From: Candidatus Lustribacter sp.
Lineage (GTDB): Bacteria > Vulcanimicrobiota > Vulcanimicrobiia > Vulcanimicrobiales > Vulcanimicrobiaceae
DNA: 64,000 bases
Assembly: GCA_965277805.1 (NCBI GenBank)
Contig: OZ255842.1
Location: 5,280,001-5,344,000, forward strand
Reading direction: 5' to 3'
Shown in pieces: positions 10,817 through 19,288 of this stretch. The stretch's first letter is position 1. Each line of letters starts with the position of its first letter. The notes under the pieces were generated by a model. It saw nothing but the letters and a program-made list of their open reading frames with translations. It searched no databases and was not told the DNA's origin. A program made the translations under genes and the position numbers.

Positions 10817-10948
10817 TTGTCATCCTGAGCGAAGCGTCACTCACCGTTGGGGCATTGCCCTGGCGCGTTGCCAACATCGTGGCTCGTTCCTCGTCGGCGC
10901 GCCCTACGGCGCTTCGCTCGACAATGACAATGACAAAGACAATGACAG
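10817..10948. repeat. REP-like palindromic element followed by a short GACAAT tandem repeat
   Basis: TTGTCATCCTGAGCGAAGCG ... CGCTTCGCTCGACAATGACAA; right arm closely matches 39301-39352 in reverse orientation. Confidence 0.75.
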
Positions 10949-10956
10949 TGAAGAAT

Positions 10957-11595
10957 TTACGGCTTTTTTTGAACGATTTTGCCGAGGCCGTTGACGCGGT
11001 CCATCCAGCGGGGGAGGTCGGCGTAGCGTTCTTCTTTCCAGGGGTCGGCGTTGTTGTTGTAGCCGCGCGTTTCCCAGAAGCCGGGTTCGTCGTGATCGGT
11101 GAACACGATGCGGTGTAGCCACTTCGCGCTCTTCCAGAAATAGAGTTTGGGCACGAGCATGCGCACCGGTCCGCCGTGCACCGGCTCGATCGGCTGCCCG
11201 TCGTACTCCCACGCCACCAAGACGTCGTCGTCAAGCATCGCCGAGAGCGGAAGATTCGTCGTGTAGTCGTTGTCGGCGACTTGAATGACGTGCGTGACTT
11301 CCGGTGCGGGATTGGCGCGTTCGACCAACGTGCGGAAGAGCGTGCCGCGCCAGTACGTCGCTTTCTTCGACCAGCGCGTGACGCAGTGAATGTCGCCGCG
11401 ATATTCGGTCGACGGCAGAGCACGCAATTCATCGTACGAAAGCTCGAACCGGTTCTCGACAAGACCGGTGAAACTGAGCCGGTACGTCTTCGGATCGATC
11501 TCCGGTACGCTGCCGACGTGAAGCACCGGAAACTTCTGGGTCAAGACCTGACCGGGCGGAAGCGTCGGGTCTTTCTGTTTCATGAACGGCGCCAT
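10957..11595 (-). CDS. Sulfite oxidase-like molybdopterin-dependent oxidoreductase (YuiH-like)
   Basis: LPPGQ, DIHCVTRWS, HGGPVRMLVPKLYFWKSAKW, GFWETRGY; start 11595 or 11583. Confidence 0.88.
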   Translation of the reverse strand: MAPFMKQKDPTLPPGQVLTQKFPVLHVGSVPEIDPKTYRLSFTGLVENRFELSYDELRALPSTEYRGDIHCVTRWSKKATYWRGTLFRTLVERANPAPEVTHVIQVADNDYTTNLPLSAMLDDDVLVAWEYDGQPIEPVHGGPVRMLVPKLYFWKSAKWLHRIVFTDHDEPGFWETRGYNNNADPWKEERYADLPRWMDRVNGLGKIVQKKP

Positions 11596-11630
11596 GGAGT
11601 CTGTGACCGGCCCGATGGCATAATTGGTGG

Positions 11631-11656
11631 CGGTCCCTCGCCAAGCTCGGGATGAC
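11631..11656. repeat. Short REP-like unit
   Basis: GTCCCTCGCCAAGCTCGGGATGAC, near-identical to the unit at 36097-36125. Confidence 0.6.
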
Positions 11657-11684
11657 GGAGGGGTGAGGGCGAACGGGGGGTCGG

Positions 11685-12449
11685 GTGACGATTCCGTTTC
11701 CCAAGCGTAAGGTGACCCGTGCGGTCGCTGAGGCCGAGCTGGCAATTCTCGAAGCGACCTACCCGCATGCGCAGACGGAGCTGGAATTCGGCAACCCGTT
11801 CGAGCTGCTGATCGCGGTGATACTCTCCGCCCAATGCACCGACAAGCGCGTCAACCTGACGACGCCGTTCTTGTTCGCGCGCTATCCCGATGCGGCGGCC
11901 CTAGCTGCGGCGAAGCAAGAAGACGTTGAAGGGATCATCAAATCGTGCGGCTTCTTCCGGACCAAAGCGAAGAACATCATCGCTGCCGCGCGCGGTCTGG
12001 TCGAGGTGCACGGCGGCGAGGTTCCGAGCGACCGGGCCGAACTCGAAGCGCTGCCCGGCGTCGGCCGCAAGACCGCCAACGTCGTGATGTCGGTCGTCTT
12101 CGAAGCCGCGGCCTTTGCCGTCGACACCCACGTGTTTCGCGTTTCGCACCGGCTGGGACTTACGCTCGGCACCACGCCGCGCGCGGTTGAAACCGACGTC
12201 ACCAAACTCGTGCCGCCCGAGAAGTGGCGCCATGCGCATCACTGGCTGATATTGCACGGGCGCGCCATCTGCAAAGCACCGACGCCCTTATGCGCGCAGT
12301 GTCCGGTGACGATGTGCCCGTCGCGACCGCTCGTGGCGCGCGCGTTTGCGGCGAAGCTTAAAAGCGCATCGGGCCGGGCGCGTCCAAGTGCGCCGGCCGC
12401 GGCAGCTCCGCGTCGGCGGAAATCGCCTTCAGCAACGCGGAGCCGGTGA
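11685..12449 (+). CDS. nth: Endonuclease III
   Basis: LLIAVILSAQCTDKRVN, LPGVGRKTANVV, VDTHVFRV, Fe-S cysteines. Confidence 0.94.
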   Translation: MTIPFPKRKVTRAVAEAELAILEATYPHAQTELEFGNPFELLIAVILSAQCTDKRVNLTTPFLFARYPDAAALAAAKQEDVEGIIKSCGFFRTKAKNIIAAARGLVEVHGGEVPSDRAELEALPGVGRKTANVVMSVVFEAAAFAVDTHVFRVSHRLGLTLGTTPRAVETDVTKLVPPEKWRHAHHWLILHGRAICKAPTPLCAQCPVTMCPSRPLVARAFAAKLKSASGRARPSAPAAAAPRRRKSPSATRSR

Positions 12450-12867
12450 GCGCGTCGCCGTACCCTTCCTCGGTGGAGAGTTTTGAGAGGTTGATCAACG
12501 CCGGCACGCTCGCCGAGGTGTCGAATTGATATTCGCCGTCGAGGTCGAGGCCCGCGACGATCACCAGTTGCCGTTCGCGGTCGAGGTCGAGGCTGATTCG
12601 CTTGGGCCCGAACCGCAAGCGCAGTCGCAGGGGCTTTTCCAGCCGCACGAACGTCACGCCGTTTTTGCCGAGGATCGAGTTCAAGCGCTTCGCGCCGACG
12701 GCCAGTACGTCGGCCAGCGCGGCAAAGCGCGACTCGTCATCGTCGCCGGCCGGCTGTGCGCCGTCGGCGGTGGCGGAGTCGATCGCCGCGCCCAAATCGC
12801 GGCGCGCGCGAATGCGTGTCGCCATCGCCACGATCGGGTTTTGGAGGGGTTCGTCGTGCTCGGCCAT
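12358..12867 (-). CDS. Hypothetical protein
   Basis: 169-aa ORF with normal globular composition; 3' end overlaps nth convergently. Confidence 0.6.
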   Translation of the reverse strand: MAEHDEPLQNPIVAMATRIRARRDLGAAIDSATADGAQPAGDDDESRFAALADVLAVGAKRLNSILGKNGVTFVRLEKPLRLRLRFGPKRISLDLDRERQLVIVAGLDLDGEYQFDTSASVPALINLSKLSTEEGYGDALTGSALLKAISADAELPRPAHLDAPGPMRF

Positions 12868-12878
12868 TGCCGGTCATA

Positions 12879-13313
12879 ATGGAGTTGATTGCGACGTCGG
12901 TTGCGCGTTCGGCAGCCGGGCCCGAACGCGTGTGGGCGGTTTTGATCGACGGCCTCCGGTGCCGGCATTGGAGCCCGGCGACGGAGTGGATGCTCATCGA
13001 GGGGCCGCTCGCGCCCGGAACGGTCGTCACCATCAAGCGCAAGCGCGCCCGCCAGACGGCGTATCGCATCGTAGCGGCCGAGGCGCCGCAGCGGCTGGCG
13101 ATCGCGCTGACCTTCGGCCCGGCGGCATCGATGCACATTACGTGGACGCTCGAGCCCGACGGCACCGGAACCCTGATCCGTCAGACGATCGAAACCGCAG
13201 GCGGCTTGCGGCGCTGGCTGACGAACCCGCAGGCACGGCGCGGAGCCGTCGCGTGGAACGACGATCCCCTCCGGCTCGCCGAAATCGCTAGCGTGGGTAC
13301 AGGCGTGACGTAG
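12879..13313 (+). CDS. SRPBCC/polyketide cyclase-like protein
   Basis: AGPERVWAVL..HWSP and TWTLEPDGTGTLIRQT pattern. Confidence 0.7.
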   Translation: MELIATSVARSAAGPERVWAVLIDGLRCRHWSPATEWMLIEGPLAPGTVVTIKRKRARQTAYRIVAAEAPQRLAIALTFGPAASMHITWTLEPDGTGTLIRQTIETAGGLRRWLTNPQARRGAVAWNDDPLRLAEIASVGTGVT

Positions 13314-15073
13314 TGGATTCGCAATCGGCATCGCTTCCGAAGGTCCAGCTGAACCGCTGGCAGACGCTACGACTTACGGTCGTCGGCATCGTCGTCGCGT
13401 TCATGGTGCTCCGGGTGGTGCCGGACGTCTACCGCTTCATCGTGCCGCTGGGCACCTTCAACTACGCGACCGACGATAACGGCGTCGTCATCAAGGTGGC
13501 GCCCACGCGGGAGAAAGGCACCGACCCGCTGCTGGTGGGCGACAAGGTGCGCATCGATCGCATCCGGCCCTTCGACCGCAAGCCGGGCATTGCGCGCATC
13601 GGCTTCACGCAGTACAACTTCGACCGCTGGCTGCCGATCGAGCGCAACGGCGTCGAGCGCGTCGTTCATCTCAAGGCGATCACGGAGACGATGGCGGCCC
13701 GCGCGGTCGTGGGCTTGCGCATCCTTCTCTACGTGACGGCCGTGTGCTCCGCTGCGCTGCTGCTGATCGTCAACCCGCGGCTAGCGACGTTCGCGTTCTT
13801 CGTGTTCTGCTTGGGCGGCGCCGAGCCGACGACGTTTACCGATACGCTGTTCGATCCGCCATGGCGTGAGATCCCCGCTTGGATCGGCGACACGATTTCG
13901 GGGCAAGCTCCGTTCGCGCTGCTGCTCTTCGCGCTGTGCCTGGCCGTTCGCAGTCATCGCGCGCGCTTCGCGATCGCCGCGGTCGTCGGCGTCCTCGCGC
14001 TCGCGTTCGGCACATTACACGCCTACGACTCGTGGCGCGTCACGTACGGCGCGCTGCCGGCCGAGACGTATCGCTTCATTTACGCGCGCGCCGAGACGAT
14101 CACGAACGTGTTCACGGCGCTCGCTTTTGCCGCCGCGTTCATCCGCGCGCGCGGTGCGGAACGGCAGCGCGCCGCCTGGATCATCGCTGCGTTTGCCGTG
14201 GCGGGCGCGGGCCGGATTCTCTCCGAGCGGTTCTTCCCGGCGTACTTGAACTTCTGGGAAAATGGCACGCTGCTCTCGCTCTCGATCATCCCGGTCGTGG
14301 TGGTCTGGATCGCGGTCGTCAAACACCATTTCTTCGACGTCGATTTCATGGTCAGCCGCGCACTCGTCTACACCGCGATCACGGCGGCGGTGCTGTTCAT
14401 CGTCGGCGGCGCGGAAGAACTGCTGACATATCTCTTTTACAACAATACCAACCTCGCTTACGGGTTCACGATCGCCGTGTCGCTGGTGGTCGGTTCCACC
14501 TTCGGCCGCGTTCGCGATTTCCTCGAGGGCTTCGTCGACCGGTTCATCTTCCGCGAGCGGCACGCGCAGCGCAAGTCGCTCGAGCGGGTCGCGGCCCAGT
14601 TGCTCGATGCCGATGACGCCGCCGCGGTCTACAGCGTGCTATTGCACGAAGTCCCGAGCATCCTCGACCTCTCGTTCAGCGGTATCATGATGCGGCTGGC
14701 CGACGGAGGCTATACGCTCGCTCACGAGTGGAATTGGCCGCCCGAATGCGTGAACGAGCTGAGCCCCGACCATCCGCTAACTCGCGACATTTACAAGTCG
14801 CGTGGCGTGCTGCCCGAAGACGCGGTGCGGTCGACGATGGTGAAGGCGCTCTTTCCGAACGACCGCCTGACCTACGCGGCGCCGCTCTACTTCGACCGCA
14901 ACGTGTCGGCGCTCGTCCTCTACGGCCATAGCGTGTCCGGGCTCGACATCGATCCGCAAGAGCGCATCACGCTGATTCGGCTGATGTCCAACGCCTCGAT
15001 CGCGCTGAACGCGATCGAACTGGCGATGTACCGCGACGCGTTCACCGAGGAAGCGGCGCTACACCGTCAGTGA
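13313..15073 (+). CDS. Multi-pass membrane protein with PDZ-like N-terminal loop and C-terminal GAF-like domain
   Basis: Many TM segments; LLVGDKVRI...IERNGVER loop; VDRFIFRER linker then a GAF-like region. Confidence 0.7.
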   Translation: MDSQSASLPKVQLNRWQTLRLTVVGIVVAFMVLRVVPDVYRFIVPLGTFNYATDDNGVVIKVAPTREKGTDPLLVGDKVRIDRIRPFDRKPGIARIGFTQYNFDRWLPIERNGVERVVHLKAITETMAARAVVGLRILLYVTAVCSAALLLIVNPRLATFAFFVFCLGGAEPTTFTDTLFDPPWREIPAWIGDTISGQAPFALLLFALCLAVRSHRARFAIAAVVGVLALAFGTLHAYDSWRVTYGALPAETYRFIYARAETITNVFTALAFAAAFIRARGAERQRAAWIIAAFAVAGAGRILSERFFPAYLNFWENGTLLSLSIIPVVVVWIAVVKHHFFDVDFMVSRALVYTAITAAVLFIVGGAEELLTYLFYNNTNLAYGFTIAVSLVVGSTFGRVRDFLEGFVDRFIFRERHAQRKSLERVAAQLLDADDAAAVYSVLLHEVPSILDLSFSGIMMRLADGGYTLAHEWNWPPECVNELSPDHPLTRDIYKSRGVLPEDAVRSTMVKALFPNDRLTYAAPLYFDRNVSALVLYGHSVSGLDIDPQERITLIRLMSNASIALNAIELAMYRDAFTEEAALHRQ

Positions 15074-15861
15074 CCGACGCCCTGGTAGCGCTGCAGCCCT
15101 AAACGCCAGAACAGGTAGGCAACGATCAGGAAGACGACGCCGATCAGCGGCGTGAGCATCCCGACCGCGAGCGGGAGGCCTAAGCCGTTGTCCGTCTTGT
15201 GCAAGAAGTACGATGCCGGGAAGTAGTTCATGAATCCGAACGGGATCACGAACGCCAGCAGCAGCCGAACGCCTTTGCCGTAGATGCTGAGCGGATAGCG
15301 CGTGAACTCTTGCTCCAGTTGCAACACGATCCAGCGCAGCGCGTCGACCTGCACGAACCAGAACGCGACGGTCGAGATCAGCAGCGCGATGCTCAGGTCG
15401 ATCAGCGCGCCGCCGGTCACAACGAGCGCGATCAGCGCCACGAAACCGGCCGTTACCGCCAGGTGATTGGCCGCGATCGCCACCACGAGGAACGCGATCG
15501 CGAGGACGAGCTCGTCGGGAAAGATCGCGCCGGGGGTAGAGATCACCTGAAAGAGTTCGTCGAGCGGGCGCACCAGCAGCCGGTCGAACTCGCCGTCGCG
15601 AATCCACTGCGGGATCTCGCCGACGGTCGAAAAGAACGTTGCGTTGAGCGCGTGGGCCGTCATCCACAGCCCGTAGAGAAACGCCATGTTGCGAAAGTCC
15701 CAGCCGTTCATCGACGGGAACGTCGTCAGCATCACCCACAACGCCGCAATCGCGGTCGCGTGGTAGACGATCGTGAAGCCGAACCACAGCAGAAAGTTCG
15801 TGCGGTATTCGAGCGTCGTGAGCAAGTTGATGCGCCAGTACTGGCGATAGACTTCTCGCAT
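15067..15861 (-). CDS. ABC-2 family permease
   Basis: IRDGEFDRLLVRPL, YPLSIY, hydrophobic; start MREVYR. Confidence 0.85.
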   Translation of the reverse strand: MREVYRQYWRINLLTTLEYRTNFLLWFGFTIVYHATAIAALWVMLTTFPSMNGWDFRNMAFLYGLWMTAHALNATFFSTVGEIPQWIRDGEFDRLLVRPLDELFQVISTPGAIFPDELVLAIAFLVVAIAANHLAVTAGFVALIALVVTGGALIDLSIALLISTVAFWFVQVDALRWIVLQLEQEFTRYPLSIYGKGVRLLLAFVIPFGFMNYFPASYFLHKTDNGLGLPLAVGMLTPLIGVVFLIVAYLFWRLGLQRYQGVGH

Positions 15862-16658
15862 CAGCCGCCCTGCACGATCACGCGCCGGGCGCCCGCGCGC
15901 CAGATCACGGTCGCGATCAACGCAAGCACGGCGATCCAAAGCACCTGCAGGCTCATGTATTGAACGTACTGTTCGGGCTTGATTTGGCCGATGTAAATCA
16001 GCAGCGGCGTCGAAAACATCGAGGCGAACGGCAGCGCCACGATCGCTTGCTGGATGCCGGCCGGAAAGAACAGCAGCGGCACGATGCCGCCGCCGAGCAG
16101 ATCGGTCACCCAGGTGAGCATCAGCTGTACGGCGCTGATCTCGAGCGTCCAGAACGCGATGCAATTCAGGGTGAAGTTCAGGAAGAAGCCAACGAAGTAC
16201 GCGAGGAAAAAGCTGACGAGGAAGGCACCGAAGACCGCCGCGCTCGGCACGTCGATGTGGACGATCAAGAGCGCGAGCGCGAGCGACGGCACGATCAGCG
16301 CGGCGTGGAAGAGCACTTCGCCCGTGCCGTCGGCGAAGAGGTAGAGCGGAACGCTGATCGGTTTCATGAAGTCGACCACGATGCTGCCGTCGTGCAGCTT
16401 GTCGTGCAAGAGGCTCGTCTGATCGATGTCGAGGATCATGCCCATCAACAGCGCGACGGCCGAATACGTGATGATCGCGTGCAGCGGGACGCCGTGGGGC
16501 GCCGCGTTGCGCGCGTAGAGTGCCACCCACACGACGCGCAGCAGGTAGACGCGCACGGCGAGCGAGCCGATGCTGGTGAAAACTTCGAAGCGATAGGTCG
16601 CTTCGCGCGCGATCGCCTTCAGCATGAATTGGAAGTACGGTTCGAGCGCGAGCAGCAT
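15861..16658 (-). CDS. ABC-2 family permease
   Basis: DGSIVVDFMKPIS, LGGGIVPL, C-terminal VQGG. Confidence 0.85.
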   Translation of the reverse strand: MLLALEPYFQFMLKAIAREATYRFEVFTSIGSLAVRVYLLRVVWVALYARNAAPHGVPLHAIITYSAVALLMGMILDIDQTSLLHDKLHDGSIVVDFMKPISVPLYLFADGTGEVLFHAALIVPSLALALLIVHIDVPSAAVFGAFLVSFFLAYFVGFFLNFTLNCIAFWTLEISAVQLMLTWVTDLLGGGIVPLLFFPAGIQQAIVALPFASMFSTPLLIYIGQIKPEQYVQYMSLQVLWIAVLALIATVIWRAGARRVIVQGG

Positions 16659-17668
16659 CAGGCTTCCGGCACGTGGGCGGGCGGCTTGGCGTAGCCCTCG
16701 AGATAGAGCCGGCGCACGATTTCTTCCATCTCCGGTTCGACGATGGCGACGTCGGTGATCGCGTAGCGTTCGGTTACGCGGCGAATCAGCGCTTCGGCCG
16801 TGGTCGCGCGGCGATCGAAACGAAGCCAGACGATCGGCGCCTCGCGGTGTTCGATTTCGACGCCGGGCAGCGTGAAGCCGGGCTGCGGGTCTTTGAAGTG
16901 AACGACGAGCGTGCGGTGGGTACCGTACTCATCACGCAAACGTTCGAGCTTGCCGTCGTAGATCACCGTGCCCTCATCGATGAGGACGATGCGCTTGCAG
17001 AGGCGCTCGACATCGGCGAGATCGTGGGTCGTGAGGATCACCGTGGTACCGAGCCGTTTGTTGATGTCGGCGATGAATGCACGGATCGCTTCTTTGGCCA
17101 CCACGTCCAGTCCGATCGTCGGCTCGTCGAGGTAGACGATCTTCGGATCGTGCAGCAGAGCCGCGGCGAAGTCGCCGCGCATACGCTCGCCAAGCGAGAG
17201 CTGACGCACCGGCGTTGCCATGAACCGGTCGAGATCGAGGATCTCGACGAAGTGCGCGAGGTTCTCGCGGTAGCGGTCGCGCGGCACGCGGTAGATCGCG
17301 CGCAGCAGTTCGAACGACTCGCGCAGCGGCAGATCCCAATACAGCTGGCTGCGCTGGCCGAATACGACCCCGATGTTGCGGGCGTTCTGGCGGCGCTTCT
17401 CGTGGGGCACGATGCCGGCCACCTCGATCGAGCCGGAGGTCGGGACGAGGATCCCGGTCAGCATTTTGATCGTGGTCGACTTGCCCGCCCCATTGGGACC
17501 GATGTAGCCGACCACCTCGCCTTGCTCGACGGACATGCTCACGTCCTCAACGGCGACTTTTTCCTCGTACTCCCGCGAGAAAAGCGCCCCGATGGCTCCC
17601 CCCAGACCCTCGCCGCGGACAACCGAGCGGAACGTTTTCCGCAGAGCCCGCGTTTCGATGATTGGCAT
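16658..17668 (-). CDS. ABC transporter ATP-binding protein
   Basis: GPNGAGKST, LSLGERMR, LDEPTIGLD. Confidence 0.93.
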   Translation of the reverse strand: MPIIETRALRKTFRSVVRGEGLGGAIGALFSREYEEKVAVEDVSMSVEQGEVVGYIGPNGAGKSTTIKMLTGILVPTSGSIEVAGIVPHEKRRQNARNIGVVFGQRSQLYWDLPLRESFELLRAIYRVPRDRYRENLAHFVEILDLDRFMATPVRQLSLGERMRGDFAAALLHDPKIVYLDEPTIGLDVVAKEAIRAFIADINKRLGTTVILTTHDLADVERLCKRIVLIDEGTVIYDGKLERLRDEYGTHRTLVVHFKDPQPGFTLPGVEIEHREAPIVWLRFDRRATTAEALIRRVTERYAITDVAIVEPEMEEIVRRLYLEGYAKPPAHVPEA

Positions 17669-17845
17669 CAGGGAGCGATTCCCTGAGGCGGCGAAGCCTC
17701 CCGGCACACCGGCTCACCGTTTGTGTCCGGTTCCTTTTCTACGGAAAAGGTCCGGGTTGCGCGGCAGAGAAGCGACGCCGAGGGAACTTTCGTTCTTTGA
17801 GCGGAGGACTTCGCGACATTATTTACCGGAAGGGGGTGAGGTTCC

Positions 17846-17908
17846 ATGGCCGCTAAGAAAAAAGCAATGAAGAAAAAGACGATGAAGAAGACCCCGAAAA
17901 AGAAGTAA
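17846..17908 (+). CDS. 20-aa lysine-rich microprotein MAAKKKAMKKKTMKKTPKKK
   Basis: SD-like GGAAGGGGGTGAGG before ATG, TAA stop, downstream plus-strand terminator; below the ORF-track size cutoff. Confidence 0.65.
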   Translation: MAAKKKAMKKKTMKKTPKKK

Positions 17909-17943
17909 ATACCGATCCGTTTTTTAGCTCTTATTCGAGAACC

Positions 17944-17975
17944 GAGCACGTGGCGTAAGCCGCGTGCTCATTTTT
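17944..17975 (+). terminator. Intrinsic terminator
   Basis: GAGCACGTGGC-GTAA-GCCGCGTGCTC followed by ATTTTT; the G-U pair and T-run favour the plus strand. Confidence 0.7.
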
Positions 17976-19135
17976 CATTTGCCGCGGCCGACCATCGAGC
18001 GGGCGATCACGATGCGCTGGATCTGCTGAGTTCCCTCGTAAATTTGCGTAATTTTGGCGTCGCGCATCATTCGCTCCACGGGGTATTCGGTTGAATAGCC
18101 AAACCCGCCGAGTAACTGCACGGCATCCGTCGTAACGCTCATCGCTACATCGCCGCATTTGAGCTTTGCGATCGCCGACCACGTCGTGAGATCGTCGTCG
18201 CCGGCGTCGCACTTGCGCGCCGCTTCGTAGAGCAAGAGCCGGGCCGCCTCGACCTCGGTCTTCATGTCGGCCAGCATGAATTGCAGGCCCTGTTGCTGTG
18301 AGAGCGGCTTGCCGAAGGCGACCCGTCCCTTGAGGTACTCGGTCGCGTATTCGAGCGCGCCGGTGGCGATGCCGAGCGCTTGCGCCGCGATGCCGGGGCG
18401 CGATTTGTCGAGCACTTTCATGGCGATCTTGAAGCCGCCCCCTTCGGGGCCGAGCATGTTCGCGGCCGGCACGCGGCACTCGGTGAAGACGAGTTCGACC
18501 GTCGGCGAACCCCGGATGCCCATCTTTTTCTCGAGCTTCCCGACCGCGAAGCCCGGCGTGCCCCTCTCGACGACGAACGCGCTGATGCCGTTCGCGCCTT
18601 TCTCGGGATCGGTGACGGCGAAGACGGTCACGATGTCGGCGATGCTGCCCTGGGTGATCCAGATCTTCGTTCCGTCGAGCACGTAGTCGTCGCCGTCGCG
18701 GCCCGCACGCATGCGCATCGAGCCGGCCGCGTCGGAGCCTGAGCCCGCCTCGGTGAGCGCATACGCCGCCACCCATTCACCGCTCGCGAGTTTGGGCACG
18801 AAGCGCTGCTTTTGTTCTTCGCTGCCGCCGATGAGGATCGGCAGCGCGCCCAGCTCTTGCACGGCGATGATTAGGGCGCTCGACGCGCACGCCTTCGCCA
18901 CTTCTTCGACGACCTTAACGTAGGTCGCGAACGTGCCGCCGAGGCCGCCGTATTCCACCGGAAACGGAATCCCGAAGAGGTCGTTCTGCGCGAACAGCTT
19001 CTGGATGTCCCACGGGAACTCGCCGGTCGCATCGATCTCGGCCGCACGCGGTGCAACCTTCTCGCGCACGAGCTCGCGCACGGCATCGAGGATTAGCGCC
19101 TCCTCGTCGTCGTTCGGACCGCTGGTTAGTGCCAT
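17975..19135 (-). CDS. Acyl-CoA dehydrogenase
   Basis: ALTEAGSGSDA, KMGIRGSPT, RDAKITQIYEGTQQIQR. Confidence 0.94.
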   Translation of the reverse strand: MALTSGPNDDEEALILDAVRELVREKVAPRAAEIDATGEFPWDIQKLFAQNDLFGIPFPVEYGGLGGTFATYVKVVEEVAKACASSALIIAVQELGALPILIGGSEEQKQRFVPKLASGEWVAAYALTEAGSGSDAAGSMRMRAGRDGDDYVLDGTKIWITQGSIADIVTVFAVTDPEKGANGISAFVVERGTPGFAVGKLEKKMGIRGSPTVELVFTECRVPAANMLGPEGGGFKIAMKVLDKSRPGIAAQALGIATGALEYATEYLKGRVAFGKPLSQQQGLQFMLADMKTEVEAARLLLYEAARKCDAGDDDLTTWSAIAKLKCGDVAMSVTTDAVQLLGGFGYSTEYPVERMMRDAKITQIYEGTQQIQRIVIARSMVGRGK

Positions 19136-19288
19136 GCCCGCGTCGATTCGACCGTCAGCTTGCGCCGGCATGCCGTAAGGAGGGCAAGCATGCCAGCGTT
19201 AGTGTATAAACAAATCGAGCTTGAGAACCGAAGGGCTCTTAAAGCATGCACGGGGGGTGAGGGTGCTCCCTGCGGATAGGGTTCCAAC

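Noticed and set aside
10817-10950. CRISPR array or IS element
   Set aside because: No repeat-spacer periodicity and no cas or transposase gene; better explained as a REP-like palindrome.
10489-11118. 209-aa plus-strand ORF spanning the repeat
   Set aside because: Overlaps mutY and the oxidoreductase; its MTMTKTMT stretch is just the microsatellite.
19190-19288. c-di-GMP riboswitch before the GGDEF-EAL gene
   Set aside because: No recognisable class I or II core; only weak pairing.
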